Source of the DNA: Candidatus Omnitrophota bacterium
Lineage (GTDB): Bacteria > Omnitrophota > Gorgyraeia > Gygaellales > Profunditerraquicolaceae
Length of the DNA: 62,536 bases
Direction: 5' to 3'
Assembly: GCA_028715415.1 (NCBI GenBank)
Contig: JAQURX010000012.1
Span: forward strand, 1 to 62,536
The notes beneath the pieces were generated by a model. It made no database searches and had not been told where the DNA came from. It saw only the letters and a list, made by a program, of their open reading frames with translations. This document shows, piece by piece, positions 1-12,129 of this stretch. The stretch's first letter is position 1. Each line of letters opens with the position of its first letter. A program made the position numbers and the translations under genes.

Positions 1-2
1 TT

Positions 3-1358
3 TATAAAATGCGTTCAGAGAATCAATCTCAGGAACAGGCGTCACGCTGCATGGATTGTTCAACTCCATTCTGCCATTGGGCTTGCCATTTGGGTAATTA
101 TATTCCGGAATGGAATGATTATAGCTTTAATGGAAATTGGAAACAGGCATTTACCCTTTTGGATGCTACAAACAATCTTCCTGAAATAACCGGAAGGGTT
201 TGCCCTGCGTTATGCGAATATGCCTGTGTTTTAGGGCTAAATGACGATCCTGTTACTATACGTGAAAACGAGCTTTCCATTATAGAAGCGGGTTTTAAAG
301 CCGGGTTAATGAAGCCAAATCGCATAGAGCATAGGACAGGGAAGAAAATAGCTGTTGTTGGTTCCGGGCCTGCAGGTTTATCTTGTGCTGCCCAACTTAA
401 TAGGGCAGGGCACAATGTAATTGTTTTTGAGCGCGATAATAAGCCGGGGGGAATCCTGCGCTATGGGATTCCTGATTTTAAACTTGAGAAAAATATATTA
501 GACAGGCGTATTAATATTTGGAAAGAAGAAGGGGTGGTTTTTAAAACAAATATAAATGTGGGGGTTGATTATCCGTCTGGAAAACTCTTAGAAGATTTTG
601 ACGCAGTTTGTTTAGCAGGCGGAAGCCGTGTGCCGAGGGACCTTAAAATAGAAGGAAGGGATTTGAAAGGGATTCACTTTGCAATGGATTATCTTTCGCA
701 ATCAAATAAACGCATAGCAAAAGAGAAATTTACGGAAAAAGATTTAATTGACGCTAAGGGTAAAAATGTGGTAATTATCGGAGGTGGAGATAGTGGAGCT
801 GATTGCGTAGGGACTGCTCATCGCCAGAAAGCCTCATGTGTAGTACAGATTGAAGTTTTGCCTCAGCCTGCCAAATGCAGGATTAAAACGCAACCTTGGC
901 CAAAGTATCCGCTTCTTTTAAAAGTTACCACCAGCCATGAAGAAGGTGGAGAGAGGCATTGGGCTGTACTTACAAAACGATTTATTGGCGAAAAGGGTAT
1001 GGTAAAAAAGATTTCTTGTGTAAAAGTGGAATTTACTAAAGGAGCAGATAATACATGCTCTGTAATGAAAGAAATTCCCGGAAGTGAATTTGATATTAAT
1101 GCAGATCTGGTTATCCTTGCAATTGGGTTTTTACATCCTGAGCAAAAAGGATTGCTTAAAGATTTAAATGTTAAGTTTGATTCTCGGGGGAATGTTTTAA
1201 CAGACGATAAATATGCGACATCGGTTGAAAAGGTATTTTCCGCAGGGGATATGCATCGCGGTCAATCATTGGTAGTTTGGGCTATTTCAGAAGGAAGGCG
1301 ATGTGCACATTTTATAGATAAATATTTGATAAAGGAAAGTCATTTACCGATTATTTAA
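3..1358 (+). CDS. gltD: NADPH-dependent glutamate synthase small (beta) chain family oxidoreductase (GltD/SudA/NfnB-like), 5'-partial
   Basis: The reading frame is open to the window edge upstream of the ATG at 9. It carries the CMDC..PFC and CPALCEYAC Fe-S Cys motifs and the GSGPAGL and GGGDSGADC dinucleotide-binding motifs. Alignment by eye to GltD suggests roughly 35 N-terminal residues are missing. Confidence 0.8.
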   Translation, partial: YKMRSENQSQEQASRCMDCSTPFCHWACHLGNYIPEWNDYSFNGNWKQAFTLLDATNNLPEITGRVCPALCEYACVLGLNDDPVTIRENELSIIEAGFKAGLMKPNRIEHRTGKKIAVVGSGPAGLSCAAQLNRAGHNVIVFERDNKPGGILRYGIPDFKLEKNILDRRINIWKEEGVVFKTNINVGVDYPSGKLLEDFDAVCLAGGSRVPRDLKIEGRDLKGIHFAMDYLSQSNKRIAKEKFTEKDLIDAKGKNVVIIGGGDSGADCVGTAHRQKASCVVQIEVLPQPAKCRIKTQPWPKYPLLLKVTTSHEEGGERHWAVLTKRFIGEKGMVKKISCVKVEFTKGADNTCSVMKEIPGSEFDINADLVILAIGFLHPEQKGLLKDLNVKFDSRGNVLTDDKYATSVEKVFSAGDMHRGQSLVVWAISEGRRCAHFIDKYLIKESHLPII

Positions 1359-1445
1359 TACCCCGCGCCGCGGGTACCTCAGCATAAATGAATGCCGAGT
1401 ATCCCGCTTCTGCGGGATATGCCCTTGTGGGCAAGAGGAGAAAGT

Positions 1446-4016
1446 ATGATAAGCACGGGGATAAAAGGATTGGATAATGTAATTACCGGCTTAAGGCTTG
1501 GGGATAATGTGGTTTGGCAGATAGATGATATGAATGACTATATTGATCTTGTAAAGCCTTTTGTTCGCCAGGCCTTAAAAGAGAAAAAGAAAGTTATTTA
1601 TATGAGGTTTGCAACTCATAAAGAGTTGCTCAAGCCTTCTTCCGAAATAAAAAGATATGAGCTTAACGCGCAAGCAGGTTTTGAATCTTTTACCGCCAAG
1701 GTAAATAGTATTATTACCGAGGAAGGCGAAGGTGCATATTACATATTTGATTGTTTATCCGAGCTTCTTTTATCATGGGCAACAGATCTTATGATCGGTA
1801 ATTTCTTTATGGTCACCTGCCCATATCTTTACGAGCTTAAGACAGTTACTTATTTTTCTATAATGCGCAATAACCATTCTTTTAAATCTATTGCCCGTAT
1901 ACGTGAAACAACGCAGCTTCTTATGGATGTGTATCATTGCGAAGGCAATTATTATGTGCACCCTTTAAAGGTCTGGAATCGTTATACACCGACTATGTTT
2001 TTGCCTCATCAGAAAGAAGGCGAGAAGTTCGTCCCCATTACTGATAGTGTTAATGCCGTTGAGATACTTTCATATATCCGTGAGAAAGGTGCACAGAGCG
2101 CAAAGAGGAATCTTGATTACTGGGACCGGTTATTCCTTGAGGTAGAGTCATTAGTCAAAAGTAAGGCTACTACGAATCAGAAGAGCGAGATGATAGAGAA
2201 GCTTTGCAATCTGATGATCTCAAAAAATAAAAGGATTTTATCTCTTGCTATTAAGAATTTTTCTCTGGAAGAATTAATTGAGATAAAGTCAAGGTTAATC
2301 GGGACAGGCTTTATCGGAGGGAAAGCCGTGGGAATGCTTTTGGCGCGTAAGATCATAGAGTCCAAGTTTGCAAATTGGCAAAAGCTTTCCGAGCCGCATG
2401 ATTCATTTTATATAGGATCCGATATTTTTTACTCTTTTATAGTGCATAACCGCTGGTGGAAATTGCATATGCAGCAAAAAAGCGAAGAAGGCTATTTTAA
2501 TACCGCCAGGATCCTTAAAGAAAAGATGCTTTACGGGATTTTTCCTGATGAGATCATGGAGCGTTTCCAGCAAATCGTGGAATATTTTGGGTCATCTCCG
2601 ATTATTGTCCGTTCGAGCTCTCTTCTTGAGGATGATTTCGGGAATGCGTTTGCCGGAAAATATGAGAGCGTTTTCTTGGCTAATCAGGGAAGCCCCGAGC
2701 AAAGATACATCCAGTTTGCCGAGGCTGTGAAGAAAATCTACGCAAGCACAATGAATGAAGATGCGCTTGTATATAGGAAGCAAAGAGGTTTAGATAAGCT
2801 GGATGAACAGATGGCGCTTTTAGTGCAGCGTGTCTCAGGGTCACATCATAAGCATTATTTCTTTCCTGACCTTGCAGGAGTGGGGGTTTCATATAATACC
2901 TATGTTTGGAATAGGGATATTGATCCAAAAGCAGGTATGCTTAGGATTGTCTTTGGCTTAGGGACAAGGGCGGTTAATCGCGTTGAAGGTGATTACCCGA
3001 GGATGGCTGCATTAAGTGACCCGTCGCGCAGGCCGTATGCAGAAAAAGATGATTTAAGAAAATATTCACAGCATAAAGTTGATCTTATAAATACAAAAGA
3101 AAATATTTTTGAGACTATTTCTTTTGAAAAGTTGGCGAATGAGAAATTTATTACAGATGTTAACAGTATAGCGGTAAGAGATGATGAATCTACGCAGTTT
3201 AGGAGAGATAAGGGTTTAGAGGATAAAGATTGCTGGATATTGACACTTGATAAAGCTCTGGAGAAAAAATCACTGGTAGATTCATTAAGAAAAATACTGG
3301 AAATTCTTGAAACAAGTTATGATTATCCGGTTGAAATAGAATTTACCATTAATTTTACCAAAAATAATGCTTTTAGGATAAATCTCCTGCAGTGCAGGCC
3401 GCTGCAGACTCGTGGTTTGGGGCCTAAGGTTAATATGCCGCAAAAAATAAACAAGAATGATATACTCTTCCAGTCGCAAGGGTATTTCTTGGGAGGGAAT
3501 ATTTCACAGAAAATTAGTTGGGTTATCTATGTTGACCCGCAGGAGTATTGTAAGTTAGGCCTGAATGACAAGTACGAGATTGCGCGTGTTATCGGGAATT
3601 TGAATAGGATTATTAAAGATAAGGAAGAGCTCCCTACGCTTCTTATGGGGCCCGGCAGGTGGGGTACAACAACTCCATCTTTGGGTGTTCCTGTTAAATT
3701 TGCGGAGATTAATAATGTAGCAGCTCTTGCTGAAATTGCTTTTTCAGCCGGGAATCTTATGCCGGAGTTATCCTTTGGAACGCATTTCTTCCAAGACCTG
3801 GTTGAGACAAATATATTCTATTGCGCTTTATTCCCCGAAAAAAAAGAAGTAGTTTTTAATAAAGCTTGGTTTAAAGATACAAAAAATTTATTTACCGAAT
3901 TAATGCCTGAATCTGCTAAGTATGAAGATTTGATTGGGGTTTATGGTGTAGACAAGAGGGGTTTAAAGATCATGTCAGACGTAATATCGCAGAGGGTAGT
4001 ATGTTTTTCAGTTTAA
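1446..4016 (+). CDS. PEP/pyruvate-binding (PPDK_N-like) domain protein with a degenerate KaiC/RecA-like N-terminal domain
   Basis: IVRSSSLLEDDFGNAFAGKYESV matches the PPDK/PEP-synthase nucleotide-binding domain signature. The N-terminus (ISTGIKGLDNVITGLRLGDNVVW) looks KaiC/RadA-like but lacks a GxxGxGKT P-loop. I chose the ATG at 1446 because of the GAGGAG SD 5-6 nt upstream; the ORF-track ATG at 1392 lies inside a hairpin. Confidence 0.7.
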   Translation: MISTGIKGLDNVITGLRLGDNVVWQIDDMNDYIDLVKPFVRQALKEKKKVIYMRFATHKELLKPSSEIKRYELNAQAGFESFTAKVNSIITEEGEGAYYIFDCLSELLLSWATDLMIGNFFMVTCPYLYELKTVTYFSIMRNNHSFKSIARIRETTQLLMDVYHCEGNYYVHPLKVWNRYTPTMFLPHQKEGEKFVPITDSVNAVEILSYIREKGAQSAKRNLDYWDRLFLEVESLVKSKATTNQKSEMIEKLCNLMISKNKRILSLAIKNFSLEELIEIKSRLIGTGFIGGKAVGMLLARKIIESKFANWQKLSEPHDSFYIGSDIFYSFIVHNRWWKLHMQQKSEEGYFNTARILKEKMLYGIFPDEIMERFQQIVEYFGSSPIIVRSSSLLEDDFGNAFAGKYESVFLANQGSPEQRYIQFAEAVKKIYASTMNEDALVYRKQRGLDKLDEQMALLVQRVSGSHHKHYFFPDLAGVGVSYNTYVWNRDIDPKAGMLRIVFGLGTRAVNRVEGDYPRMAALSDPSRRPYAEKDDLRKYSQHKVDLINTKENIFETISFEKLANEKFITDVNSIAVRDDESTQFRRDKGLEDKDCWILTLDKALEKKSLVDSLRKILEILETSYDYPVEIEFTINFTKNNAFRINLLQCRPLQTRGLGPKVNMPQKINKNDILFQSQGYFLGGNISQKISWVIYVDPQEYCKLGLNDKYEIARVIGNLNRIIKDKEELPTLLMGPGRWGTTTPSLGVPVKFAEINNVAALAEIAFSAGNLMPELSFGTHFFQDLVETNIFYCALFPEKKEVVFNKAWFKDTKNLFTELMPESAKYEDLIGVYGVDKRGLKIMSDVISQRVVCFSV

Positions 4017-5633
<1,617 letters not shown>

Positions 5634-5637
5634 GCAT

Positions 5638-6723
5638 ATGGAAATAATACTCGCATTAGAAGACGGGAGAATTTTTAGAGGCAAGTCCTTTGGCTCAACC
5701 GGTGAAAGATATGGGGAGGTGGTATTTAATACCAGCATGACCGGTTATCAGGAGATTATTACCGATCCATCTTATAAGGGGCAGATTGTGGCAATGACTT
5801 ATCCTCTTATAGGTAATTATGGCGTTAACAAAGAAGATATTGAGTCGCGTAAGCCATTCTTGGAAGGTTTTGTGGTCAAAGAGTGCAGTAAAATTGCAAG
5901 TAATTGGCGTAGCAGCCAGTCTTTGCCCGATTACCTTAAAGAAAATAATATTTTAGGGATTGAAGGCATAGATACGCGTGCGCTTACTTTACATATTAGA
6001 AAAGCCGGGGCGATGAAAGCAGTGCTTTCAACCATAGATTTGGATGAGAAGAGTTTAATTAAGAAAGCTAAGAATTCCCCGGGGTTAGTAGGTATTGATT
6101 TAGTGCAGAAGGTAGCAGTAGAAAAAAAATATATCTGGCGGGGTGTTAAACAGGGAAGATACAAAGTCGTAGTGCTTGATTGCGGTTTAAAATATAACAG
6201 CTTACGGGAATTATCTAAACATAATTGCCAGGTTATTGTTTTACCGGCAAAGGCATCTGCTGAAGAAATCTTAAGCCTTAAGCCCGATGGGTTGCTTTTA
6301 TCAAATGGCCCGGGAGACCCGGCTGCAGTTGAATATGTTATTAAAACCACGCGCAAGCTAATCGGGAAATTGCCGATTTTCGGTATTTGCTTGGGGCATC
6401 AGATGCTCGGGCTTGCGTTAGGCGGCAAGACTTATAAGCTCAAATTCGGCCATCACGGCGCAAATCATCCGGTTAAAGACTTAAAAACCGGGAAGGTTTC
6501 TATCACGGTGCAAAATCACGGATTTTGTGTAGATATAGATTCATTGGATAAAAGAGAAGTAGAGATTACCCATATAAATTTGAATGACCAGACTTTAGAG
6601 GGAATGCGGCTTAAAAAATTTCCGGTATTTTCCGTGCAGTTCCACCCGGAAGCTGCTGCCGGTCCGCATGACGCAGAATATTTATTTGGTAACTTTATCG
6701 CTTTAATGGAGAAACATGCCTAA
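5638..6723 (+). CDS. carA: Carbamoyl-phosphate synthase small (glutaminase) subunit
   Basis: Carries [15 protein letters not shown] and FSVQFHPE motifs. It overlaps carB by 8 nt. Confidence 0.95.
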   Translation: MEIILALEDGRIFRGKSFGSTGERYGEVVFNTSMTGYQEIITDPSYKGQIVAMTYPLIGNYGVNKEDIESRKPFLEGFVVKECSKIASNWRSSQSLPDYLKENNILGIEGIDTRALTLHIRKAGAMKAVLSTIDLDEKSLIKKAKNSPGLVGIDLVQKVAVEKKYIWRGVKQGRYKVVVLDCGLKYNSLRELSKHNCQVIVLPAKASAEEILSLKPDGLLLSNGPGDPAAVEYVIKTTRKLIGKLPIFGICLGHQMLGLALGGKTYKLKFGHHGANHPVKDLKTGKVSITVQNHGFCVDIDSLDKREVEITHINLNDQTLEGMRLKKFPVFSVQFHPEAAAGPHDAEYLFGNFIALMEKHA

Positions 6724-9700
6724 AAGAAAAGATATTAAAACAATTTTGATTATTGGCTCTGGGCCCATTGTCATAGGGCAAGCCTGTGAATTTGATTATT
6801 CCGGAAGCCAGGCCTGCAAAGTATTAAGAGAAGATGGTTACAGGGTAGTTTTGGTAAATTCAAATCCTGCTACAATCATGACTGATCCCGAGCTTGCCGA
6901 TAGGACATATATTGAACCTTTAACCGTTGAGGTGCTGGAAAAAATCATTGCTAAAGAAAGGCCTGACGCCCTTCTTCCTACATTAGGGGGCCAGACTGCT
7001 TTAAACCTTACTGTGGAATTGGCGGAGAAAGAGATTCTGAAAAAATATAAAGTTGAAACTATCGGAGCGAATATCAAGGCGATTAAAAAAGGCGAAGATA
7101 GGTTATTGTTTAAAGAAGCAATGCAGAAGATAGGCTTGGATTTACCTAAAAGCGATAAGGCCTATAATTTAAAACAAGCTGTTAAGGTTGCAAAAAAAAT
7201 AGGTTTTCCTTTAATTATCCGTCCAAGTTTTACCTTAGGGGGGACCGGAGGAAGTATCGCTTATTCATTAAATGAATTTAAAGACTTAGCCCGGCGCGGC
7301 CTTGAGTCAAGCATGATTAGTGAGATTTTAATTGAGGAGTCGGCAATCGGCTGGAAAGAATTTGAGTTGGAGGTAATGCGCGACTTAAAAGATAATGTAG
7401 TGGTTATTTGTTCTATTGAAAATCTTGACCCGATGGGGATTCATACAGGAGATAGTATTACCGTAGCTCCCATCCAGACCTTAACTGATAGAGAATATCA
7501 GAAGATGCGGGATGCGGCAATTGCCTGCATAAGAGAAATCGGCGTTGAGACGGGCGGTTCAAATGTCCAATTTGCCGTTCATCCTAAAACCGGACGGATG
7601 GTAATCATTGAAATGAATCCAAGGGTATCTCGGAGTTCGGCATTAGCTTCCAAGGCAACAGGTTTTCCTATTGCTAAAATTGCAGCCAAACTCGCCGTAG
7701 GCTATACCTTGGATGAAATATCCAATGATATTACCAAAGAAACACCTGCCTGTTTTGAGCCGGCAATTGATTATTGTGTTGTGAAAATCCCCAGGTTTAC
7801 CTTTGAAAAATTCCCGGAGGCGAAAGATATTTTAGGCGTGTCCATGAAATCAGTCGGAGAAACCATGGCAATCGGCCGCACATTTAAAGAAGCCCTGCAA
7901 AAAGGACTAAGGGGATTAGAAATCGGCCACAGCGGGCTGGATACTAAGTTAAAATATATGGAAATCTCCGATAAAAAAATAAACCACAGGTTAAAAGAAG
8001 CGAATGCATCAAGGATCTTTTATATTAAATATGCTTTACAAAAAGGTTATAGCGCCAAAAAAATAAATTCTCTTACCAAGATCGATCCTTGGTTTATTGA
8101 GAATATCAAACAGGTTGTTGATTTAGAGAATTCCTTGATAAAAGAATATTCTAAGGATAGAAAATTAAGTTTGGAATCATTACGTAAAGCAAAAGAGTTT
8201 GGTTTCAGCGACCGGCAGATTGCTGGGTTTACACATAGCGATGAAATTGCCGTGAGGAATTTACGTAAGAGAAGTAACATTAATGCTACTTTTAAATTAG
8301 TAGATACTTGTGCGGCAGAGTTTATTGCCCATACGCCGTATTACTATTCAACATACGAAGAGCAGGATGAGGTAGAGGTTACCAAAAAGAAGAAAATTAT
8401 GATTTTAGGAGGCGGCCCAAATCGGATCGGCCAGGGTATTGAATTTGATTATTGTTGTTGTCATGCCTCCTTTGCCCTTAAAGAACTGGGTTATGAGACG
8501 ATTATGGTAAATTCTAATCCAGAAACCGTTTCTACGGATTATGATACTTCGGATAAACTTTATTTTGAGCCGCTTACTTTTGAAGATGTGATGAATATCA
8601 TTGATAAAGAAAAACCCGACGGGGTGATTGTGCAATTAGGCGGGCAGACCCCTTTAAACTTAGCCAGGCAGCTGGAAAAAGCAGGCGCAAAGATTATTGG
8701 GACTAGCGTTGGTTCCATTGACCGGGCGGAAAATAGGGATAAGTTTGCTAAAGTCCTTAATAAATTAAAGATTAGCCAGCCGGAAAATGGCTCAGCAATT
8801 TCAAAACAAGAAATAATAGAGACTGCTAATAGAATCGGCTTTCCAGTATTAGTCAGGCCTTCCTATGTTTTAGGCGGCCGGGCAATGAAGATAGTATATG
8901 ATGCAAAAACTCTCTTAGGTTTTATCAAAGAAGCCCAAGAAGCATCGGCAGGGCATCCAGTTTTAATAGATAAGTTTTTAGAGGATGCGGTCGAAGTAGA
9001 TGTGGATGCAATCTCCGATGGGAAGGCTACGATTATCGGCGGAATTATGGAGCATATTGAAGAGGCAGGGGTGCATTCAGGGGACTCAGCATGCGTTATC
9101 CCCGCCCATACTTTGGGAGATGAGATTATTGAGGAGATTAGAAAAGATACTTATGCTTTAGCAAAAGAATTGGGAGTCAGGGGTTTAATAAATATCCAAT
9201 TTGCCATTAAGGGCGAGCAGGTCTATGTATTAGAGGTAAATCCTCGTGCCTCAAGGACTATCCCTTTTGTGAGTAAAGCCACGGGTGTGCCATTAGCTAA
9301 ATTAGCGGCTAAAGTAATGGCAGGTAAGACTCTTAAGCAGTTAGGTTTAACTTCAGAGAAGAAAGTTGAGCATATTTCAGTCAAAGAGTCGGTTTTGCCA
9401 TTTTCGCGTTTTTCCGGGGTGGATATATTATTGGGCCCGGAGATGAAGTCAACCGGAGAGGTAATGGGGATAGATTCTTCTTTTGGCAGGGCTTTTTATA
9501 AATCTCAGCTTGCTGCAAATCAAAATCTCCCCTTAAAAGGAAAGATTTTTATCAGTGTCAAGAATAGCGATAAGAGAGGTATTGTCTTTATCGCCAAGAA
9601 ACTCTCGGATATGAATTTTGAGCTTATTGCTACGAGGGGTACATACAAGGCGCTAACTTCCAATAATATTAGAGTGCAGCTCGTTGGTAAAATTAACGAA

Positions 9701-9934
9701 GGCGATAGGCATATATTAGAGTTGATCAAAAAAGGAGATTTAAAATTAGTAATTAATACTCCATCAGGCCAGCGCGGCCAATCGGATATGAAGCCTATCA
9801 GAAGTTTAGCAGTTACTTATGGCGTGCCTTGCATTACTACAATCCAAGGGGCGCAGGCAGCTGTGAATGGTATAGAGGCTATATTAAAAGGCAGCTTCAA
9901 GGTAAAGTCTATTCAAGAATATCATAAAAGATAA
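6716..9934 (+). CDS. carB: Carbamoyl-phosphate synthase large subunit
   Basis: 1072 aa with duplicated ATP-grasp halves ([19 protein letters not shown] and [19 protein letters not shown]) and a C-terminal MGS-like domain. Confidence 0.95.
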   Translation: MPKRKDIKTILIIGSGPIVIGQACEFDYSGSQACKVLREDGYRVVLVNSNPATIMTDPELADRTYIEPLTVEVLEKIIAKERPDALLPTLGGQTALNLTVELAEKEILKKYKVETIGANIKAIKKGEDRLLFKEAMQKIGLDLPKSDKAYNLKQAVKVAKKIGFPLIIRPSFTLGGTGGSIAYSLNEFKDLARRGLESSMISEILIEESAIGWKEFELEVMRDLKDNVVVICSIENLDPMGIHTGDSITVAPIQTLTDREYQKMRDAAIACIREIGVETGGSNVQFAVHPKTGRMVIIEMNPRVSRSSALASKATGFPIAKIAAKLAVGYTLDEISNDITKETPACFEPAIDYCVVKIPRFTFEKFPEAKDILGVSMKSVGETMAIGRTFKEALQKGLRGLEIGHSGLDTKLKYMEISDKKINHRLKEANASRIFYIKYALQKGYSAKKINSLTKIDPWFIENIKQVVDLENSLIKEYSKDRKLSLESLRKAKEFGFSDRQIAGFTHSDEIAVRNLRKRSNINATFKLVDTCAAEFIAHTPYYYSTYEEQDEVEVTKKKKIMILGGGPNRIGQGIEFDYCCCHASFALKELGYETIMVNSNPETVSTDYDTSDKLYFEPLTFEDVMNIIDKEKPDGVIVQLGGQTPLNLARQLEKAGAKIIGTSVGSIDRAENRDKFAKVLNKLKISQPENGSAISKQEIIETANRIGFPVLVRPSYVLGGRAMKIVYDAKTLLGFIKEAQEASAGHPVLIDKFLEDAVEVDVDAISDGKATIIGGIMEHIEEAGVHSGDSACVIPAHTLGDEIIEEIRKDTYALAKELGVRGLINIQFAIKGEQVYVLEVNPRASRTIPFVSKATGVPLAKLAAKVMAGKTLKQLGLTSEKKVEHISVKESVLPFSRFSGVDILLGPEMKSTGEVMGIDSSFGRAFYKSQLAANQNLPLKGKIFISVKNSDKRGIVFIAKKLSDMNFELIATRGTYKALTSNNIRVQLVGKINEGDRHILELIKKGDLKLVINTPSGQRGQSDMKPIRSLAVTYGVPCITTIQGAQAAVNGIEAILKGSFKVKSIQEYHKR

Positions 9935-9973
9935 GATTAAAGTGGCTTCTTCCTGGGTTATGTAAGGTTTACT

Positions 9974-9990
9974 AAGGGCATTCCCTTTTT
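9974..9990 (+). terminator. Weak intrinsic terminator candidate after carB
   Basis: AAGGG-catt-CCCTT forms a 5-bp stem that runs into a T5 tract. Confidence 0.3.
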
Positions 9991-10052
9991 GGCTATTTAC
10001 TTCTGTTTTATTTTACGGTATAATCAAGTCCTAATAAAAGGAGAAATAAATT

Positions 10053-10610
10053 ATGGAAAGTATCTTAAAGAAAGAAATTATTACTAATAAAATAATTTGT
10101 AAGACGTTGGGGGTTTTGTTTTTTGTGATTTTGACTGCTCTTGGTGCTTTTGTGCGCATACCTTTGCCTTTTACTCCTGTCCCTGTAACTTTACAGACAT
10201 TGTTTGTATTATTAAGCGGTGCTTTTTTAGGAAGCTCACTTGGTTTTACCTCTCAAATAAGTTATCTCTTTTTGGGTGTTTTGGGTTTTCCTGTATTTAC
10301 TCTGGCAGGAAGCAGCCTGCTTTATTTTCTTGGTCCGACCGGAGGGTATATTTTGGGTTTTATTCTAGCTAGTTACATGGTAGGAAGGTTGCTAAAGAAG
10401 CCTGGGAATATTACTAAAACTTTAATGGTATTTTCTTTCTGCAGTATTTGTATTTTGCTATGCGGTAGCCTTTGGATCAAATATTTATTAGGGGTTAGCT
10501 TTGCAAAAGCTCTTTATCTGGGTTTCGCTCCTTTTATTATCGGGGATTTATGCAAAGCTTGTATTGCCGCTCTTATTTATTCCGGTTTAAAGGGCCGTGT
10601 TGGTGCTTAA
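10053..10610 (+). CDS. bioY: Biotin transporter S-component BioY
   Basis: 185 aa with about 6 TM segments. The LQTLFVLLSGAFLG and GPTGGYILGF motifs are typical of BioY. An AAAGGAG SD is present. Confidence 0.8.
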   Translation: MESILKKEIITNKIICKTLGVLFFVILTALGAFVRIPLPFTPVPVTLQTLFVLLSGAFLGSSLGFTSQISYLFLGVLGFPVFTLAGSSLLYFLGPTGGYILGFILASYMVGRLLKKPGNITKTLMVFSFCSICILLCGSLWIKYLLGVSFAKALYLGFAPFIIGDLCKACIAALIYSGLKGRVGA

Positions 10611-10715
10611 GTTTTCTGTGGACAAAAGCCTTAATTTATGTTAACTTATTTATAATTTTAACCCCCAATCCTATTGGATGGATTGAGGAGGGTTTGTGCC
10701 CAGAGGGAGGTGTAC

Positions 10716-11189
10716 ATGAAAAAGAATTCATTGTTTGTTTTAGGACTTGTGATTTTTTTCTTAGCTAGCGGAATTTCTTTTGCTCTTGCCCAAGAACAAG
10801 GGGGAGCAGTTGTGCCATCTCAAATTGAGCCGGAGATACAATGGATCTATGGGGATGTAGTGACGTTGGATGCTCAAAACAAGGCAATGACAATTAAATA
10901 TCTTGATTATGAATCAAATCAGGAGAAAGAGATAGGTATCGTTGTTGATGATAAGACCACTTTTGAAAATGTAAAAACCTTTGATGAAATTAAGCCTAAG
11001 GATACAGTTAGCGTAGATTATCTTGCTAATCCCGACGGAAAGAATATCGCAAAAAATATAAATGTTGAGAAAGTAGATGCTTCTATGCAAAAAGAAGCTC
11101 CAGTTGAAACAACTCCTCAAGCACTCCCGCAGGAGACAGTTAAGCCAGAGGCTGCAAGCCCGGTAGCTCCTGATTCAACACAACAATAA
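10716..11189 (+). CDS. Secreted hypothetical protein with a Pro/Ala/Glu-rich C-terminal tail
   Basis: The ATG at 10716 is preceded by a GGGAGG SD. The signal peptide reads MKKNSLFVLGLVIFFLASGISFALA. I recognised no family. Confidence 0.5.
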   Translation: MKKNSLFVLGLVIFFLASGISFALAQEQGGAVVPSQIEPEIQWIYGDVVTLDAQNKAMTIKYLDYESNQEKEIGIVVDDKTTFENVKTFDEIKPKDTVSVDYLANPDGKNIAKNINVEKVDASMQKEAPVETTPQALPQETVKPEAASPVAPDSTQQ

Positions 11190-11217
11190 ATATTTATTCA
11201 AAGTTATTTTAATATCT

Positions 11218-11250
11218 AGGCAGGGGAGAAAAGCCCCTGCCTAAAATTTA
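11218..11250 (+). terminator. Rho-independent terminator
   Basis: AGGCAGGGG-agaaaa-GCCCCTGCCT hairpin followed by an A/T-rich tail. Confidence 0.6.
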
Positions 11251-11251
11251 T

Positions 11252-11896
11252 ATGCGGCCAAAAAATATTAAGTTAATTATTTTTGATTTAGACGGCACTC
11301 TTGTTGACGCGTATGGCGCTATAGTAGAGAGTTTTAATCATACGATGAAGTCGCTTGGGCTTCCAAAACAGAATCCTAAGACGATACGCCGTGCAGTTGG
11401 CTGGGGCGATGCTTTGCTTCTGAAGCCTTTTTTACCCGCTGATGAATTAGATAAGGGGGTTGCTATTTATCGCGCACACCATAAAAGGGCATTATTAAGG
11501 CACGCTCATTTATTCCCTTACGCTGAGAAATTACTAAGGTATCTTAAGAAAAAAGGTTATAAATTAGCAGTGGCAAGTAATAGGCCTACGAAATTTTCAC
11601 GCATTCTGGTTCGCAGCCTGAAAATTGATGTGTTTTTTGATTATCTTCTTTGCGCCGATACTATTAATAATAGAAAACCGCATCCCGAGATTATTAACAG
11701 GATAAGAGAGAAATTTAAAGTTGGAGCAAAAGAGGCTGTGTTTGTTGGTGATATGACAATTGATGCCCAGGCAGGCAGGAGGGCAAAAGTTTTTTCCATA
11801 ATCGTAACTACCGGTTCAAGCAGCCTTGCTGAAATTAAGAAAGAGAAGCCGCAGCTAATAATTAAAAAGATAAGTAGACTCTTTGAAGTTTTATAA
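11252..11896 (+). CDS. HAD-superfamily hydrolase (phosphoglycolate phosphatase-like)
   Basis: Carries the IIFDLDGTLVD motif I, ASNR motif II and VGDMTIDAQAG motif IV. Confidence 0.75.
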   Translation: MRPKNIKLIIFDLDGTLVDAYGAIVESFNHTMKSLGLPKQNPKTIRRAVGWGDALLLKPFLPADELDKGVAIYRAHHKRALLRHAHLFPYAEKLLRYLKKKGYKLAVASNRPTKFSRILVRSLKIDVFFDYLLCADTINNRKPHPEIINRIREKFKVGAKEAVFVGDMTIDAQAGRRAKVFSIIVTTGSSSLAEIKKEKPQLIIKKISRLFEVL

Positions 11897-12100
11897 TTTT
11901 TGCGTCTGCCTTGTCTTGTTTCTCGCAGGGACGTTCGCTAAGCCCCAGCGTGGTTGGCTCACTCTCGAAAATTCTCGCTCTGCCTACATTCTATTTAGCG
12001 GGGCAACCTTGCCCGCTCGAATTTCCGGAAGCCCTGCTGCGAACCAAGCCAAGTCATCCGCTCTAAGGCTATCGATTATCTTTCGTTCGAAAAGGTTTGC

Positions 12101-12129
12101 TTGACGGTTTGCTCAGGTTTTGATAGAAT
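12101..12129 (+). promoter_or_regulatory. Sigma70-type promoter (TTGACG-17-TAGAAT with TGn extension)
   Basis: TTGACG at 12101..12106 and TGATAGAAT at 12121..12129, 22 nt upstream of the ATG at 12151. Confidence 0.55.

Noticed and set aside
1392-1445. The ORF-track start at ATG 1392 for the PEP/pyruvate-binding protein.
   Set aside because: The ATG lies next to or within a run of hairpins, including ATCCCGC-ttct-GCGGGAT at about 1402..1419, and has no SD. The ATG at 1446 has a GAGGAG SD and begins the conserved ISTGIKGLD block.
9935-10052. A possible BirA operator upstream of bioY. The birA in this window has a repressor-type wHTH.
   Set aside because: I found only short arms (GTAA..TTAC within TGTAAGGTTTAC). 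There is no convincing long inverted repeat of the TTGTAAACC-N-GGTTTACAA kind. The evidence is insufficient to call a site.
11897-12100. Attempted assignment of the G+C-rich segment to SRP RNA, tmRNA, RNase P RNA, 6S RNA or a c-di-GMP-I riboswitch.
   Set aside because: The CCGGAAG, GGGACG..AAGCC and TAGCGGGGCAACC strings superficially recall SRP helix 8 and GEMM-I. However, the conserved GGAAGCAGC (SRP), GCAAACC plus tetraloop-receptor arrangement (GEMM-I), tmRNA ends and RNase P GAAAGUCCGG core are all absent. The segment also lies upstream of the next gene's promoter, not downstream of it. No class can be assigned by eye.
11883-12104. A 73-aa + strand ORF in the G+C-rich intergenic segment.
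   Set aside because: It has no SD, its start overlaps the end of the HAD gene, and its composition is unlike that of neighbouring proteins. Open frames are expected by chance in locally G+C-rich DNA. The region is reported as a candidate RNA or relic instead.
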